From the IMG/VR virus record IMGVR_UViG_3300031994_000099, positions 1,039-65,038 of that record: DNA of 64,000 bases; one strand, written 5' to 3'. Origin of the DNA: a virus (lineage: Duplodnaviria; Caudoviricetes). This document shows, piece after piece, positions 54,287 through 63,108 of the stretch. The notes below the pieces were generated by a model. The model ran no database searches. It was not told the origin of the DNA and saw only the letters and a program-made list of their open reading frames with translations. Position numbers and translations under genes: made by a program. Numbering within the stretch: the first letter of the stretch is position 1; every line of letters begins with the position of its first letter.

Positions 54287-54658
54287 ATGCAACTTGCTTT
54301 AGACACTAACACCTGGGACATTTTCTTGGACTCCACTGGGAATATAGCCCGCCGGGATGACTTCACAAAGGACCGCCTGGGGGACCTTATCTGCCAGCGG
54401 GTCCGGCACCGCCTTCAGACATTCCAGGGGGAGTGCTACCTGGACCGCTCTGTGGGTGTCCCGTATTTTGCCGAAGTCCTAAAGAAAAACCCGGACCTGC
54501 GGAGGGTCAAGGCATTGTTAGTTGCTACTATCCAGGGAGTTGAGGGGGTGAAGAAAATTATTGACTTTTCAGTAGATTTTTCAACCCGTTCCCGTGAATA
54601 TAAAGTTATATTTAAGGCAGAGGCCGATGACGGCACTATTGTTGAAGGGAGTATCTGA
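54287..54658 (+). CDS. Baseplate wedge (gp25/DUF2634-like)
   Basis: RLQTFQGECYLDRSVGVPY. Confidence 0.75.
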   Translation: MQLALDTNTWDIFLDSTGNIARRDDFTKDRLGDLICQRVRHRLQTFQGECYLDRSVGVPYFAEVLKKNPDLRRVKALLVATIQGVEGVKKIIDFSVDFSTRSREYKVIFKAEADDGTIVEGSI

Positions 54659-54661
54659 TTT

Positions 54662-56098
54662 ATGGGCACCTATGTCACCCCGGCGGGCCTGAAACGCAAG
54701 ACACTTCAGGAAATAAGGCTTGAGATAGAGCAAGCCCTAAAGCAGGCATTTGGCCCGTCTTTTGAAACCTCCGTGGACTCCCCCAACGGACTCCTCATCA
54801 GCCAGCTGTCCCTCGCCCTATCTAGCAACTGGGAACTGGCCCAGGAGGTGTTTGTGAGCCGGGACCCGGCCCAGGCTACGGGTATGGCCCTTGATTGGGC
54901 GGCAGTATTGTCTAACATCAGCCGCAAGTCAGCCACGGCTTGTCAGGTCCGGGCTATGCTATACACGGACCAGGCCACTGCATCTATTCCAGCGGGCTCA
55001 TCCGCAATGAGGCCCCGTGGCAACCTAGAGTTTGACCTGGATGAAGGGGTGACGATTGACCGCACGGCTTGCGGTGAACTTTTGATTATTGACGATGGGT
55101 CGCAGAAAAATACAGACTATGTTTTTCACTTTACCTTTGGCGATGTAACCCTCAATAACTCCACGGACCAGTCCAACTTGGCCCGTCTGTATACGCTGGT
55201 GACTGCGGCGGGAGGTTCTGCGGAACTTACCCCCAGGGGCCTCCGGGTGTTTAAGGCTGACGGGTCATCCGTGGGCATTACCGGGACCCTCCCGGATGAT
55301 TTTGATATTTGGGCCGGGGCTGAGGGCGACTTTACTGCCGTGTCCACCGGGACCCAGACCTGCGAGGTGGGTGAACTCACTGCTATTCCCGATGCCGTAA
55401 GTGGCTGGGTTGCGGTGTATAACTACACTGCGGGAACACCTGGGACCGATATTGAGAGTGACTATGAATTGAGGCTCCGCAGGGCCATCGCAGTCCGGGC
55501 TATCCGGGCCAGGGGAACTGACCCGGCTATTGCCTCCCATATTGTTGAGGAGGTTCCGGGAGTTATTACGGCAGTGGTAAAGAGTAACCGCACTATGACC
55601 ACTGACCCGGCCACTGGCCGCCCTCCGAAGTCTTTTGAGAGCCTAGTGGTTGGCGGCAGTGATGAGGCCGTGGCCCAGTGTATCTATGAGAACCAGCCCA
55701 GCGGCATCCAATCTTACGGGAACACCGAAGTGACGATTGTTGACAATGCCGGCGATGAGCAGGTGATAGCCTTTAGCCGCCCCCAGGCCCGGTATCTTTG
55801 GGTGAAGGTCACCTACAGCCTTTACAATGAGGAACTGGCCCCGACTGACGATGAAATCAAGGCGGCCCTCTTGAACTGGGCTGAAAATGAGTATTCTATG
55901 GGCAAGGATGTCATCCCAGACCGCATCAAGGGCGGCCTTTACGATGGCACCACGGGCATTGGCCCGTCTACCATCCTTGTTGCTATTACGGACACGGCAG
56001 AGGGCACCCCCTCTTACGGGTCCGCAGTTATACCGATTGCCCCGGCTGATTATGCTACCCTGGCTGCGGCCCGGATTGCTTTGGTGAGGACTACCTAA
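54662..56098 (+). CDS. Baseplate J-like protein
   Basis: DPAQATGMALD, GTDIESDYELRLR, GGSDEAVAQCIY. Confidence 0.85.
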   Translation: MGTYVTPAGLKRKTLQEIRLEIEQALKQAFGPSFETSVDSPNGLLISQLSLALSSNWELAQEVFVSRDPAQATGMALDWAAVLSNISRKSATACQVRAMLYTDQATASIPAGSSAMRPRGNLEFDLDEGVTIDRTACGELLIIDDGSQKNTDYVFHFTFGDVTLNNSTDQSNLARLYTLVTAAGGSAELTPRGLRVFKADGSSVGITGTLPDDFDIWAGAEGDFTAVSTGTQTCEVGELTAIPDAVSGWVAVYNYTAGTPGTDIESDYELRLRRAIAVRAIRARGTDPAIASHIVEEVPGVITAVVKSNRTMTTDPATGRPPKSFESLVVGGSDEAVAQCIYENQPSGIQSYGNTEVTIVDNAGDEQVIAFSRPQARYLWVKVTYSLYNEELAPTDDEIKAALLNWAENEYSMGKDVIPDRIKGGLYDGTTGIGPSTILVAITDTAEGTPSYGSAVIPIAPADYATLAAARIALVRTT

Positions 56099-56763
56099 TG
56101 GCTGAGTTGGTCCCCATAAGTTCCTACCATGACTATTGCGACCCCTATGTATTAGAACAATACAAGGGTTCCACGAGGCTCCGGGCATTGATTGATGTCT
56201 GCCTGAAGCAGTGTGACGACATAGAGCAGGCATGGTTTGAAATCCGGGGAGCCTTGAACCTTGAGGAGGCAGTAGGCCCGGCCCTTGATTACATTGGTGC
56301 CCTGGTAGGGGTTGAGCGGGTTCCGGGGCAGACTGATGAGGCCTACCTGGTCCGCATACTCCAGGGCAACTACTCCGAAGGGCTACCCACCTATGAGGCC
56401 CTGCGGCGGGTCCTTCAGCTGGAATTTAGCCAGACTGAAATTGGCCTTTATCCTTGCTGGCCAGCTGGTCTTTACTTTGTGCTATATGAGCACTCCGAAC
56501 AAGACCTGCCAGGAGGCCTGAGTGATTACTATACCAGTGGCGTTGATGCCGCTCCGGGCACCTTCCTCTCTTGCGAGGACGGGGAGCCCTGGGGGCTCAT
56601 AGTCCTGGAGGATAACGGGCAGCCGATTGTCGTGGACCAGCGATGGCCGGATACCGAGTACGCTATGGTGGACGATGAAGGCTACCTAATTGTGGACGAT
56701 GCGGACAACGTGGTGGTCGGGATTGACTATTTAACAACGAACGAAAGTTTTGAAACAAATTAA
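56098..56763 (+). CDS. Baseplate wedge (DUF2612-like) with acidic C-terminal extension
   Basis: EAVGPALDYIGALVGVER, DEAY; follows J. Confidence 0.75.
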   Translation: MAELVPISSYHDYCDPYVLEQYKGSTRLRALIDVCLKQCDDIEQAWFEIRGALNLEEAVGPALDYIGALVGVERVPGQTDEAYLVRILQGNYSEGLPTYEALRRVLQLEFSQTEIGLYPCWPAGLYFVLYEHSEQDLPGGLSDYYTSGVDAAPGTFLSCEDGEPWGLIVLEDNGQPIVVDQRWPDTEYAMVDDEGYLIVDDADNVVVGIDYLTTNESFETN

Positions 56764-56779
56764 ACGGAGGGCAAAAATT

Positions 56780-59179
56780 ATGTTATTCAAAAGGATTAAG
56801 GACTGGGCGACAAGCATCACCGCTTTTCGCACTGGCGACGTGATACCCGTGGACGGACCCAGCGGGACAGCGAAGATGAGCAAGGACGACCTGCTGGAGG
56901 TGACGGCGCAGAATGCACTTGCCGGAAACGTTGCAAAAGCGTTCAACACTAGCGATGATTTTGAAGAAGGTGAACTTGTCGTATATGAGGGAAAGACTTA
57001 CCGCTTCAAGGTAGGCCATTCTGCGGGTGCATGGAACGCTTCGGAAGTAGAGCGGACTTCTCTCACGGACAAACTATACGGATATGACAACAGCACAAGC
57101 CACAGCGTAACAGAAAGCGTGACTTTTAGCACCTCGCAATCTTCGTACACGTACACGCTCGTTGACCCAATCCCTGCGGGAACTAGAGTAAAGGTTACTG
57201 CGGGAGACTTTGGAAGCATCACGGGAAACCTCTCCGTTTCGGTAAGGTTCAGGGACTCCAATGGCGACATAATCGGAAACACGCAGTCCATATTCCCGAA
57301 TGGGGAAGTGATTTATCCGCTTGACAAGGAGGCGGTATCCTTCGGTCTATACCGCAACAAGGATGACATCGTGCAGGGCGGGACTGTGGACTTTGTCCTT
57401 GACTACGAGACGGGTGCGAGTTTTTTAGGCGACATTGAAGCCCTTGATGAGAAGACGGGAGAACTTGAAGAGCAGGCGACCGAGATGTTCGGGAAGCCCG
57501 CAGTCATTGAAAAGGAAGAGCATTCGTTTGTGATGAGTTCTTCATCTAGTAACTACATTGTAAACCTTGACACTCCTATCCCTGCGGGAAAGACCATCAC
57601 GCTATCCATTGACGATTATAGCGCATTGATTAGTGGTGTTCATAGTATAAATTGGAGGCTGCGTGACGTAGATAACAACATTGTATGGCAGCAGAGTGTA
57701 TACAATGGAGAGGTTGAAATTCCTCCACAAACGAAAGATATTTACTCTGTATACGGCTATATCAACAAGACGTACATTTCTACAAGCGGGAAGGCCGAGT
57801 GGTCTATTTCTTGGGAGAAAGTTGCCGAGCAGAAAGGTATTCTTACAGAATCCGTCAAAAAGGTAGACTACCTCTACGGAACGGAAAGTAAGCCCGTGAC
57901 TGAAAGCCTTGAATTTGTCACCAAGACAGATGGAGTGGATTATCAAGTTATGCTTGAGCAGCCCATCCCTGCGGGTAAGGTGTTCACGATAACGTGCGGT
58001 GATATAACTGGAGTTGTCCAAAGTGGGCACGGGTTCGGGTATCGCCCAGCGTTTGCGGATAATTCATACGAGGACTCAAAGTACCTTATTTCCGGTGAAT
58101 CTGTTGCCTTCGGTCCTTACGACAAACCCGTTGTCTCCATCCGTGCTTACCTCAGTACATCTTATGTTATTGCAGTAGGTTCTGCTCCATTCAGCGTTAA
58201 TTTTGATGAAGGCGAATATGGAGAAGTTCGTGAAGTTAGGGAAATTGCCGAAAGTGGCAAAAGATACGGAGGTGATGTTCTCCGTGCAAATCACTCTGAC
58301 GAAACATTCGCTTCAATGGCTTCCACCTTCACCGAGAGCCTCTTCAACTTTGGCGCAGTAAACAGCGGGAAGCGCATAGAACTGCGTAGGGTATTAAAGG
58401 GAGTGATGAACGGCTCGCAGGGCGCAGGTTGTACAAGTGACGGCCTCTGTGTTGTGATGAGTGACTCACAGTACCACAAGCAACTCGCCTTCATTGATAT
58501 GAACCATTTTAAGGTTCTCCAGTCTGGCAAGTTTGACCAGAACAACGTAAACTACCATAACAACTCGCTATTCTTCGGTACTGAAAAGTACGATGTGGAC
58601 GACCCGTATCCGTTGCTTTACGCATCGCAGGGAAAGAACACGGAGCATTGCGTTCTCGTCTACCGCATACTTGTCAATGACGGAGTCTATTCTCTTGACC
58701 TCGTGCAGACCATAACACTCCCTGCGGTATCTTCCGACTACAAGTTGAGTGCTGGCGATTCGTTCCTTGGCAACGATGGCTATCTGTGGGTTGTCGGCCT
58801 TGACAGAACCGACCCCGATAACGTGACGGAGTACGTCATCGCAAAGTTTACGATGCCGACCTTGTCGCAGGGAGATGTGTCGCTCACGGAAAACGATGCG
58901 CTTGACTACTACACGTTGCCGTATGTCGCTACGGCTCAAGGCGGGTGCATAGGTGCGAACGGCTACCTCTACAAGATGCGTTCCAGTGGCATCATCGTGA
59001 TAGACCTCCAGAACCATCTGCAACTTGACGCCCAGTCTATGTATATGCAGGGTTATGAAATTGAGTCTTGTTTCTTCCACAACGGCACCATGTACATCAA
59101 TGCGATTGAAGATGCCAGTTTGACCGAAAGTGGACTGGATGAGACAGATATTTGGCAAGTAAAATTTATTAAAGGCTGA
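56780..59179 (+). CDS. Tail fibre / receptor-binding protein (three PIPAG repeats plus C-terminal propeller-like domain)
   Basis: MLFKRIKDWATSITAFRTGDVIPVDGPSG N-term; position after baseplate; distinct composition. Confidence 0.75.
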   Translation: MLFKRIKDWATSITAFRTGDVIPVDGPSGTAKMSKDDLLEVTAQNALAGNVAKAFNTSDDFEEGELVVYEGKTYRFKVGHSAGAWNASEVERTSLTDKLYGYDNSTSHSVTESVTFSTSQSSYTYTLVDPIPAGTRVKVTAGDFGSITGNLSVSVRFRDSNGDIIGNTQSIFPNGEVIYPLDKEAVSFGLYRNKDDIVQGGTVDFVLDYETGASFLGDIEALDEKTGELEEQATEMFGKPAVIEKEEHSFVMSSSSSNYIVNLDTPIPAGKTITLSIDDYSALISGVHSINWRLRDVDNNIVWQQSVYNGEVEIPPQTKDIYSVYGYINKTYISTSGKAEWSISWEKVAEQKGILTESVKKVDYLYGTESKPVTESLEFVTKTDGVDYQVMLEQPIPAGKVFTITCGDITGVVQSGHGFGYRPAFADNSYEDSKYLISGESVAFGPYDKPVVSIRAYLSTSYVIAVGSAPFSVNFDEGEYGEVREVREIAESGKRYGGDVLRANHSDETFASMASTFTESLFNFGAVNSGKRIELRRVLKGVMNGSQGAGCTSDGLCVVMSDSQYHKQLAFIDMNHFKVLQSGKFDQNNVNYHNNSLFFGTEKYDVDDPYPLLYASQGKNTEHCVLVYRILVNDGVYSLDLVQTITLPAVSSDYKLSAGDSFLGNDGYLWVVGLDRTDPDNVTEYVIAKFTMPTLSQGDVSLTENDALDYYTLPYVATAQGGCIGANGYLYKMRSSGIIVIDLQNHLQLDAQSMYMQGYEIESCFFHNGTMYINAIEDASLTESGLDETDIWQVKFIKG

Positions 59180-59355
59180 CCAATAAATGTCCGAACAATT
59201 CTTGCGGCAATAATTCAAACAAAGGAGTGAACCATGCCCACCGAATCCTCCCAATGGCGAAAACTGCACTGACCTATCATCCGGAAAATTGAATGGAACT
59301 ATCACTTTGGAATAAACTAAACCTTTACGGATAACTTAAACGGAGGAACTCCCCT

Positions 59356-59985
59356 ATGCCTTACAACAGACAAATACCCGATGCGCCGATTGCCTTGTCT
59401 ATGCTACCCAGGCTCACGGACTTGCAGGACACCGACCTCATTTACATAGTGCGCCCCACCAACCCGCTGGGGCAGCGTTCAAGGGCTGCGGAAATGGGGC
59501 TGCTTGCCGGAAAGTTCTTGAAGGCTTCCACGGGCTGGGTTAGCATAGAAAACCGCTCGCTGGTTGGAAATGAAGGCTTGGTAAAACTTGCTGTCCCGAA
59601 GGGATATGGTGGCAGGTTTGATTTTAGGTTTGACCTGACCTACTCGGACAGCGGCACGCTTCTTCCTGGCTATGTGCAGGACTTGGTAGTTATGGCTTAT
59701 GACATAGACAAAGGCACTGACTCGGTCTATGGTCATTTCCAGCGAATTTTCCACGATGCCGCTGGCGCAATTACCGGGTCCAACGCAGTAATCCCTACAC
59801 ACTGGTCTGGTTCGGTTGATGTGCCGGGCAGCACCAGGTCGCCTTTGCCGGATGTCCGAGACATCCATCTGCAAATCGTTCTTCCCTATGCGGACACAAT
59901 TATTTGGGCTTTATCCTCTATAAAGGTGAAGGCCGAGTTGTGGGCGGAGCAGGCTTCGGATGCGATGACAGTCATAGGGTCGTAA
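59356..59985 (+). CDS. Hypothetical virion protein
   Basis: ORF with RBS GGAGG; between fibre and lysis genes. Confidence 0.6.
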   Translation: MPYNRQIPDAPIALSMLPRLTDLQDTDLIYIVRPTNPLGQRSRAAEMGLLAGKFLKASTGWVSIENRSLVGNEGLVKLAVPKGYGGRFDFRFDLTYSDSGTLLPGYVQDLVVMAYDIDKGTDSVYGHFQRIFHDAAGAITGSNAVIPTHWSGSVDVPGSTRSPLPDVRDIHLQIVLPYADTIIWALSSIKVKAELWAEQASDAMTVIGS

Positions 59986-59986
59986 A

Positions 59987-60322
59987 ATGGATATTACGGG
60001 CATTGACATAGCGGCTTGCGGCACGATGATAGGCACCATCATTACCTCTATTGGGGCCGTCATGAAGGCTAACAAGACTGAGGCCCTGGCCAAACATCAG
60101 AAGGCTGCCTATGAACAAGAATTGGCGGACCTCCGGGAACGCCTTGCTGTTCAAGAAAAGCAGGGGGCCGTGTTTGAGAAGAGGCTTGACGAGGGCAGCC
60201 GGGACTTTGAGCGGATTGATAACAAGTTGGACAAGACCAATGACCTGCTCCATACCCTTATTGGGATTGTTCAGGGGGCCAAGGGACTCCCTGCCGGGGC
60301 TGAAGGAGGCTTGGGCCTATGA
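59987..60322 (+). CDS. Holin-like protein (N-terminal TM plus coiled coil)
   Basis: IAACGTMIGTIITSIGAVM TM segment; start of the lysis region. Confidence 0.5.
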   Translation: MDITGIDIAACGTMIGTIITSIGAVMKANKTEALAKHQKAAYEQELADLRERLAVQEKQGAVFEKRLDEGSRDFERIDNKLDKTNDLLHTLIGIVQGAKGLPAGAEGGLGL

Positions 60323-60837
60323 AACGCAATAAAGTGACTGTTGAAAAAGTGAATGTGGGCCCGCTGCTAGTTAGCGGGGCGGGGCCTTTTACCTTTAACG
60401 CCGGGGGCCACATTATCCTCACGATAGCCCGGACCCTGGTGGACGGGACTATTTGGCGGGGCTACCTATCCATCAGCCTTTTCCCCGGATACAAGACTGA
60501 CGGGGCCTCTGTCCCGTGGCCCTTTTCCTACCTAGTCCCGAAGTGGCGCAGAGGTGACGATGAATACAACGCTGCCCCCACGGCCCACGATGTCCTTTAC
60601 CTACTCCGGGGCCGGGTCCCCATTATTGGTTCGGACCAGATGATGAACTTGTCCCGTGAGGAGGTTGACGACATCCTGCGGGGTATCTGGAGGTGCTGGG
60701 GCATGTCCCGGTTCCTGGCAGGTGCTGCCGACAAGGCCGTTGAGATTTTTGCGGGCGGTGACGAACATTGGGGCGGGGACTCTTACGGGGTCCGGGACCT
60801 CGTGAGTGTTCATTGGTCCCCTATGGAGGCAGCCTGA
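60319..60837 (+). CDS. DUF1353-family protein
   Basis: GYKTDGASVP, AHDVLY, REEVDDI motifs. Confidence 0.75.
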   Translation: MKRNKVTVEKVNVGPLLVSGAGPFTFNAGGHIILTIARTLVDGTIWRGYLSISLFPGYKTDGASVPWPFSYLVPKWRRGDDEYNAAPTAHDVLYLLRGRVPIIGSDQMMNLSREEVDDILRGIWRCWGMSRFLAGAADKAVEIFAGGDEHWGGDSYGVRDLVSVHWSPMEAA

Positions 60838-61253
60838 TGGACCTGGTTGAATATGCAAAGTGCTTTATTGGGCGGCCCTACATCTGGGGCGGCAACGGCT
60901 CCGGGAAAAACGCCGGTGGGTTTGACTGCTCCGGGCTAGTGGTTGAGTGCCTTCAGGCCGTTGGGGTCCTGGCTAATGGGTCAGACTACTCCGCAAAGAC
61001 ACTCTACAAGCACCTTTTAGCCCACGGGTGGGTAAAGGTCCCACGGGGCTTTGAAACGGCCTCTGACCTGTGTTTCTGGGGCAAGTCTGAGGCCTCTATC
61101 ACCCATGTGAGTATTGCGGTGGGCCCCCGTCAGCACCTAGAGGCCGGGGGCGGCGGCTCCGGGTCTAAAACGGCTGCGACCTCCACTGGGATGGTTCGGG
61201 TGCGGCCCCTATCCTCACGGGCGGACCTTTTTGCCACTTTACGCATGCCCTAG
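60837..61253 (+). CDS. NlpC/P60 peptidase (probable endolysin)
   Basis: GRPYIWGG, FDCSGLV (catalytic Cys), THVSI (His). Confidence 0.85.
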   Translation: MDLVEYAKCFIGRPYIWGGNGSGKNAGGFDCSGLVVECLQAVGVLANGSDYSAKTLYKHLLAHGWVKVPRGFETASDLCFWGKSEASITHVSIAVGPRQHLEAGGGGSGSKTAATSTGMVRVRPLSSRADLFATLRMP

Positions 61254-61303
61254 CAAATGATTGAGGCCGGGGCTGTATAACTTTACCCCTGAAATAGGCT
61301 TGG

Positions 61304-61328
61304 GCCTTAAAGGTGGGTTTTTGGGTGG
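61304..61328 (-). repeat. Inverted copy of the 25-bp motif at 33738
   Basis: Reverse complement CCACCCAAAAACCCACCTTTAAGGC. Confidence 0.6.
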
Positions 61329-61351
61329 GTATTTTGTCGCCGGGGAGTGAC

Positions 61352-61392
61352 AAAAGGCCTCCAGGATAATTCCTGGGGGCCGCTTTTGTTTA
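61352..61392. terminator. Bidirectional terminator between late and early arms
   Basis: AAAAGGCCTCCAGG-ATAATT-CCTGGGGGCCGCTTTTGTTT. Confidence 0.7.
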
Positions 61393-61413
61393 GGACTAGA
61401 ATTTTTTGGTGGG

Positions 61414-62412
61414 TTAGCAGATGGCCGGGAGGGAGTTAAGGGCCTTCATTGGGTCCGTTCCCGGAGGGTTCTGGGCGGCTTGTTCTGCCTCCCATTCCTC
61501 TTCAGTCTTGACCACCACGGGCTTAATGCTGCAGCGGGTGAGGGTTGTTTCATTTAGGCCCTCCCGCTCCTGATGTCCTTTTACCCGGCCCTTTAGGATG
61601 ACCCGGAGGCCGTGCAGGACCTCCTTCATGTGGCTGTTGTTATACCCCCACGGGGTCCCGGTGGCTAGGTGGAACAGCTGCAGGTCCTGGTTGCTCTCAG
61701 TTATCCATACAAAGTGGTGACCCTCCCCGTCTGTCATCTTGTAGCCGTGCTTGGTTACATCGTGGCCCATCCAGTCCGTGGAGTCAAAGGAGAATGTGTG
61801 TTCCAGGGTGACCTCTAGGTTGACCTTGTCCCCCACAGACCCATAGAACTCCGAAGTGGTTGCGAGGTTCCCGGCCTTGCGGCGGGCAGCCCAGATGTCA
61901 TCCGTGACAAACTTAAAGGTGCCATTTTCATCCGGGTCCCGGTCCCACTTGAGTTCCTTTTTCTTATAGTCCTTGACCAGGATGCCCTTGGGGTCATATT
62001 CCTCCGTGTCCCAGGCCGCATCCGGGTGGTCCAGATACCACCAGCTGCCGTTGTAGCGGCCCCCGGCTGCCTTGAGTTCGTCTGTTTTCCCGAAGGTCTT
62101 GGCCATCACGATATAGCAGAGGCCGTTTTCAGCCAGGCCCAGTTCCTTGCGATATTCCGCAATGTTCTCTTCAAACTTGGCCTTGTCCCGCTCTGCCTTG
62201 AGCCTCCTGCGTTCATCCAACTTGGCTTGATATTCCGGGGTGTAGACCTTCCAGGAGGTCTGCCCATACCCGGAGCCGCCGCACTGGTAGCAGATGCCCC
62301 CGTCATGGTAGGCATAGCACTCAATATACCCGGTCCCGCCGCACTTGGGGCAGCGGTCATCCACCCAATACTGGGTCCCGTTTTTGTCAGTTCTAACAAG
62401 TCTTTGTCCCAT
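61414..62412 (-). CDS. Protein with DnaJ-type CxxCxGxG zinc finger and C-terminal OB-fold-like domain
   Basis: CPKCGGTG...CYQCGGSG; GSVGDKVNLEVTL...KMTDGEGHHFVW...LKGRVKGH...TTLTR. Confidence 0.65.
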   Translation of the reverse strand: MGQRLVRTDKNGTQYWVDDRCPKCGGTGYIECYAYHDGGICYQCGGSGYGQTSWKVYTPEYQAKLDERRRLKAERDKAKFEENIAEYRKELGLAENGLCYIVMAKTFGKTDELKAAGGRYNGSWWYLDHPDAAWDTEEYDPKGILVKDYKKKELKWDRDPDENGTFKFVTDDIWAARRKAGNLATTSEFYGSVGDKVNLEVTLEHTFSFDSTDWMGHDVTKHGYKMTDGEGHHFVWITESNQDLQLFHLATGTPWGYNNSHMKEVLHGLRVILKGRVKGHQEREGLNETTLTRCSIKPVVVKTEEEWEAEQAAQNPPGTDPMKALNSLPAIC

Positions 62413-62416
62413 GGTT

Positions 62417-62638
62417 CTACCCCCTAACCTGAATCAGTTTGCCATCTTCCACTTCAGCGTTGAAGAGGTCCGTGGCGGAAAATTCAAACCCGTCCCGCTG
62501 GTCCCTAGCAATGGGGGCCAGTTCCCTAATCCACTGGGCCTTGGTCTTTACCTCCCCGGACTCCGTGTGGCGGTATTTGATAGCCGGGCGGCGGGTCTTT
62601 TTCGGGGCCATATGATTGAGTATCGTCTTGAACTTCAT
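62417..62638 (-). CDS. Small hypothetical protein
   Basis: MKFKTILNH...; RBS GGAGG. Confidence 0.55.
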   Translation of the reverse strand: MKFKTILNHMAPKKTRRPAIKYRHTESGEVKTKAQWIRELAPIARDQRDGFEFSATDLFNAEVEDGKLIQVRG

Positions 62639-62639
62639 T

Positions 62640-62948
62640 TTAGGCCTCCTTGCAAGCCTTGCCAGTGAATGCCGCATAGGTATCATTGAGAAAATCACCC
62701 ATTACGCCGGCATAGTAGTGGTCCTGGGGAATGGTATCACGGAACTTGACCACGGCCTTGCGGGCACTCTCTTTGGCACTGTCACTCCAGTGGAACTTAA
62801 CGGCCACGGCTATCATTCTCCAGGCATCCGTGGCGAGGCGGGCGGCCTGAGCAGCATCATACTTTACGAACAGCCCGCAGTTTTCAATCATCTGTTCCAG
62901 GTGGTGGCAGAAGGCGATGGTGTCGTTGGTAGTGATAGATTTTTTCAT
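62640..62948 (-). CDS. Early hypothetical protein
   Basis: Downstream of early cassette copy 5. Confidence 0.7.
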   Translation of the reverse strand: MKKSITTNDTIAFCHHLEQMIENCGLFVKYDAAQAARLATDAWRMIAVAVKFHWSDSAKESARKAVVKFRDTIPQDHYYAGVMGDFLNDTYAAFTGKACKEA

Positions 62949-63058
62949 GGTTCTAGTCCTTTGGGCCTGAGGCCCGGTTGATTTTGTCCTTTAACGCTTA
63001 TAAATATAACTCTTTACGCATGAAAAGGGTAGGGGTAGAATAGTAAAATTTTATTTAC
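62949..63058 (-). promoter_or_regulatory. Early promoter/leader cassette, copy 5 of 5
   Basis: Conserved blocks as in copy 1. Confidence 0.85.
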
Positions 63059-63059
63059 G

Positions 63060-63090
63060 AAAAAGCCCCCGGCGTTCAGCCGGAGGCTCA
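63060..63090 (-). terminator. Intrinsic terminator after the PAPS-reductase-like gene
   Basis: GCCTCCGGC-TGAAC-GCCGGGGGC followed by TTTTT. Confidence 0.65.
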
Positions 63091-63108
63091 CGGAGGCACA
63101 ACAAGTCC

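Noticed and set aside
59234-59272. 12-codon mini-ORF (MPTESSQWRKLH) with AAGGAG RBS after the tail fibre
   Set aside because: Too short to support; possibly a remnant from the cassette swap.
2660-63058. Repeats as a CRISPR array or IS ends
   Set aside because: They are dispersed, each precedes a start codon, and there are no regular spacers, cas genes or transposase.
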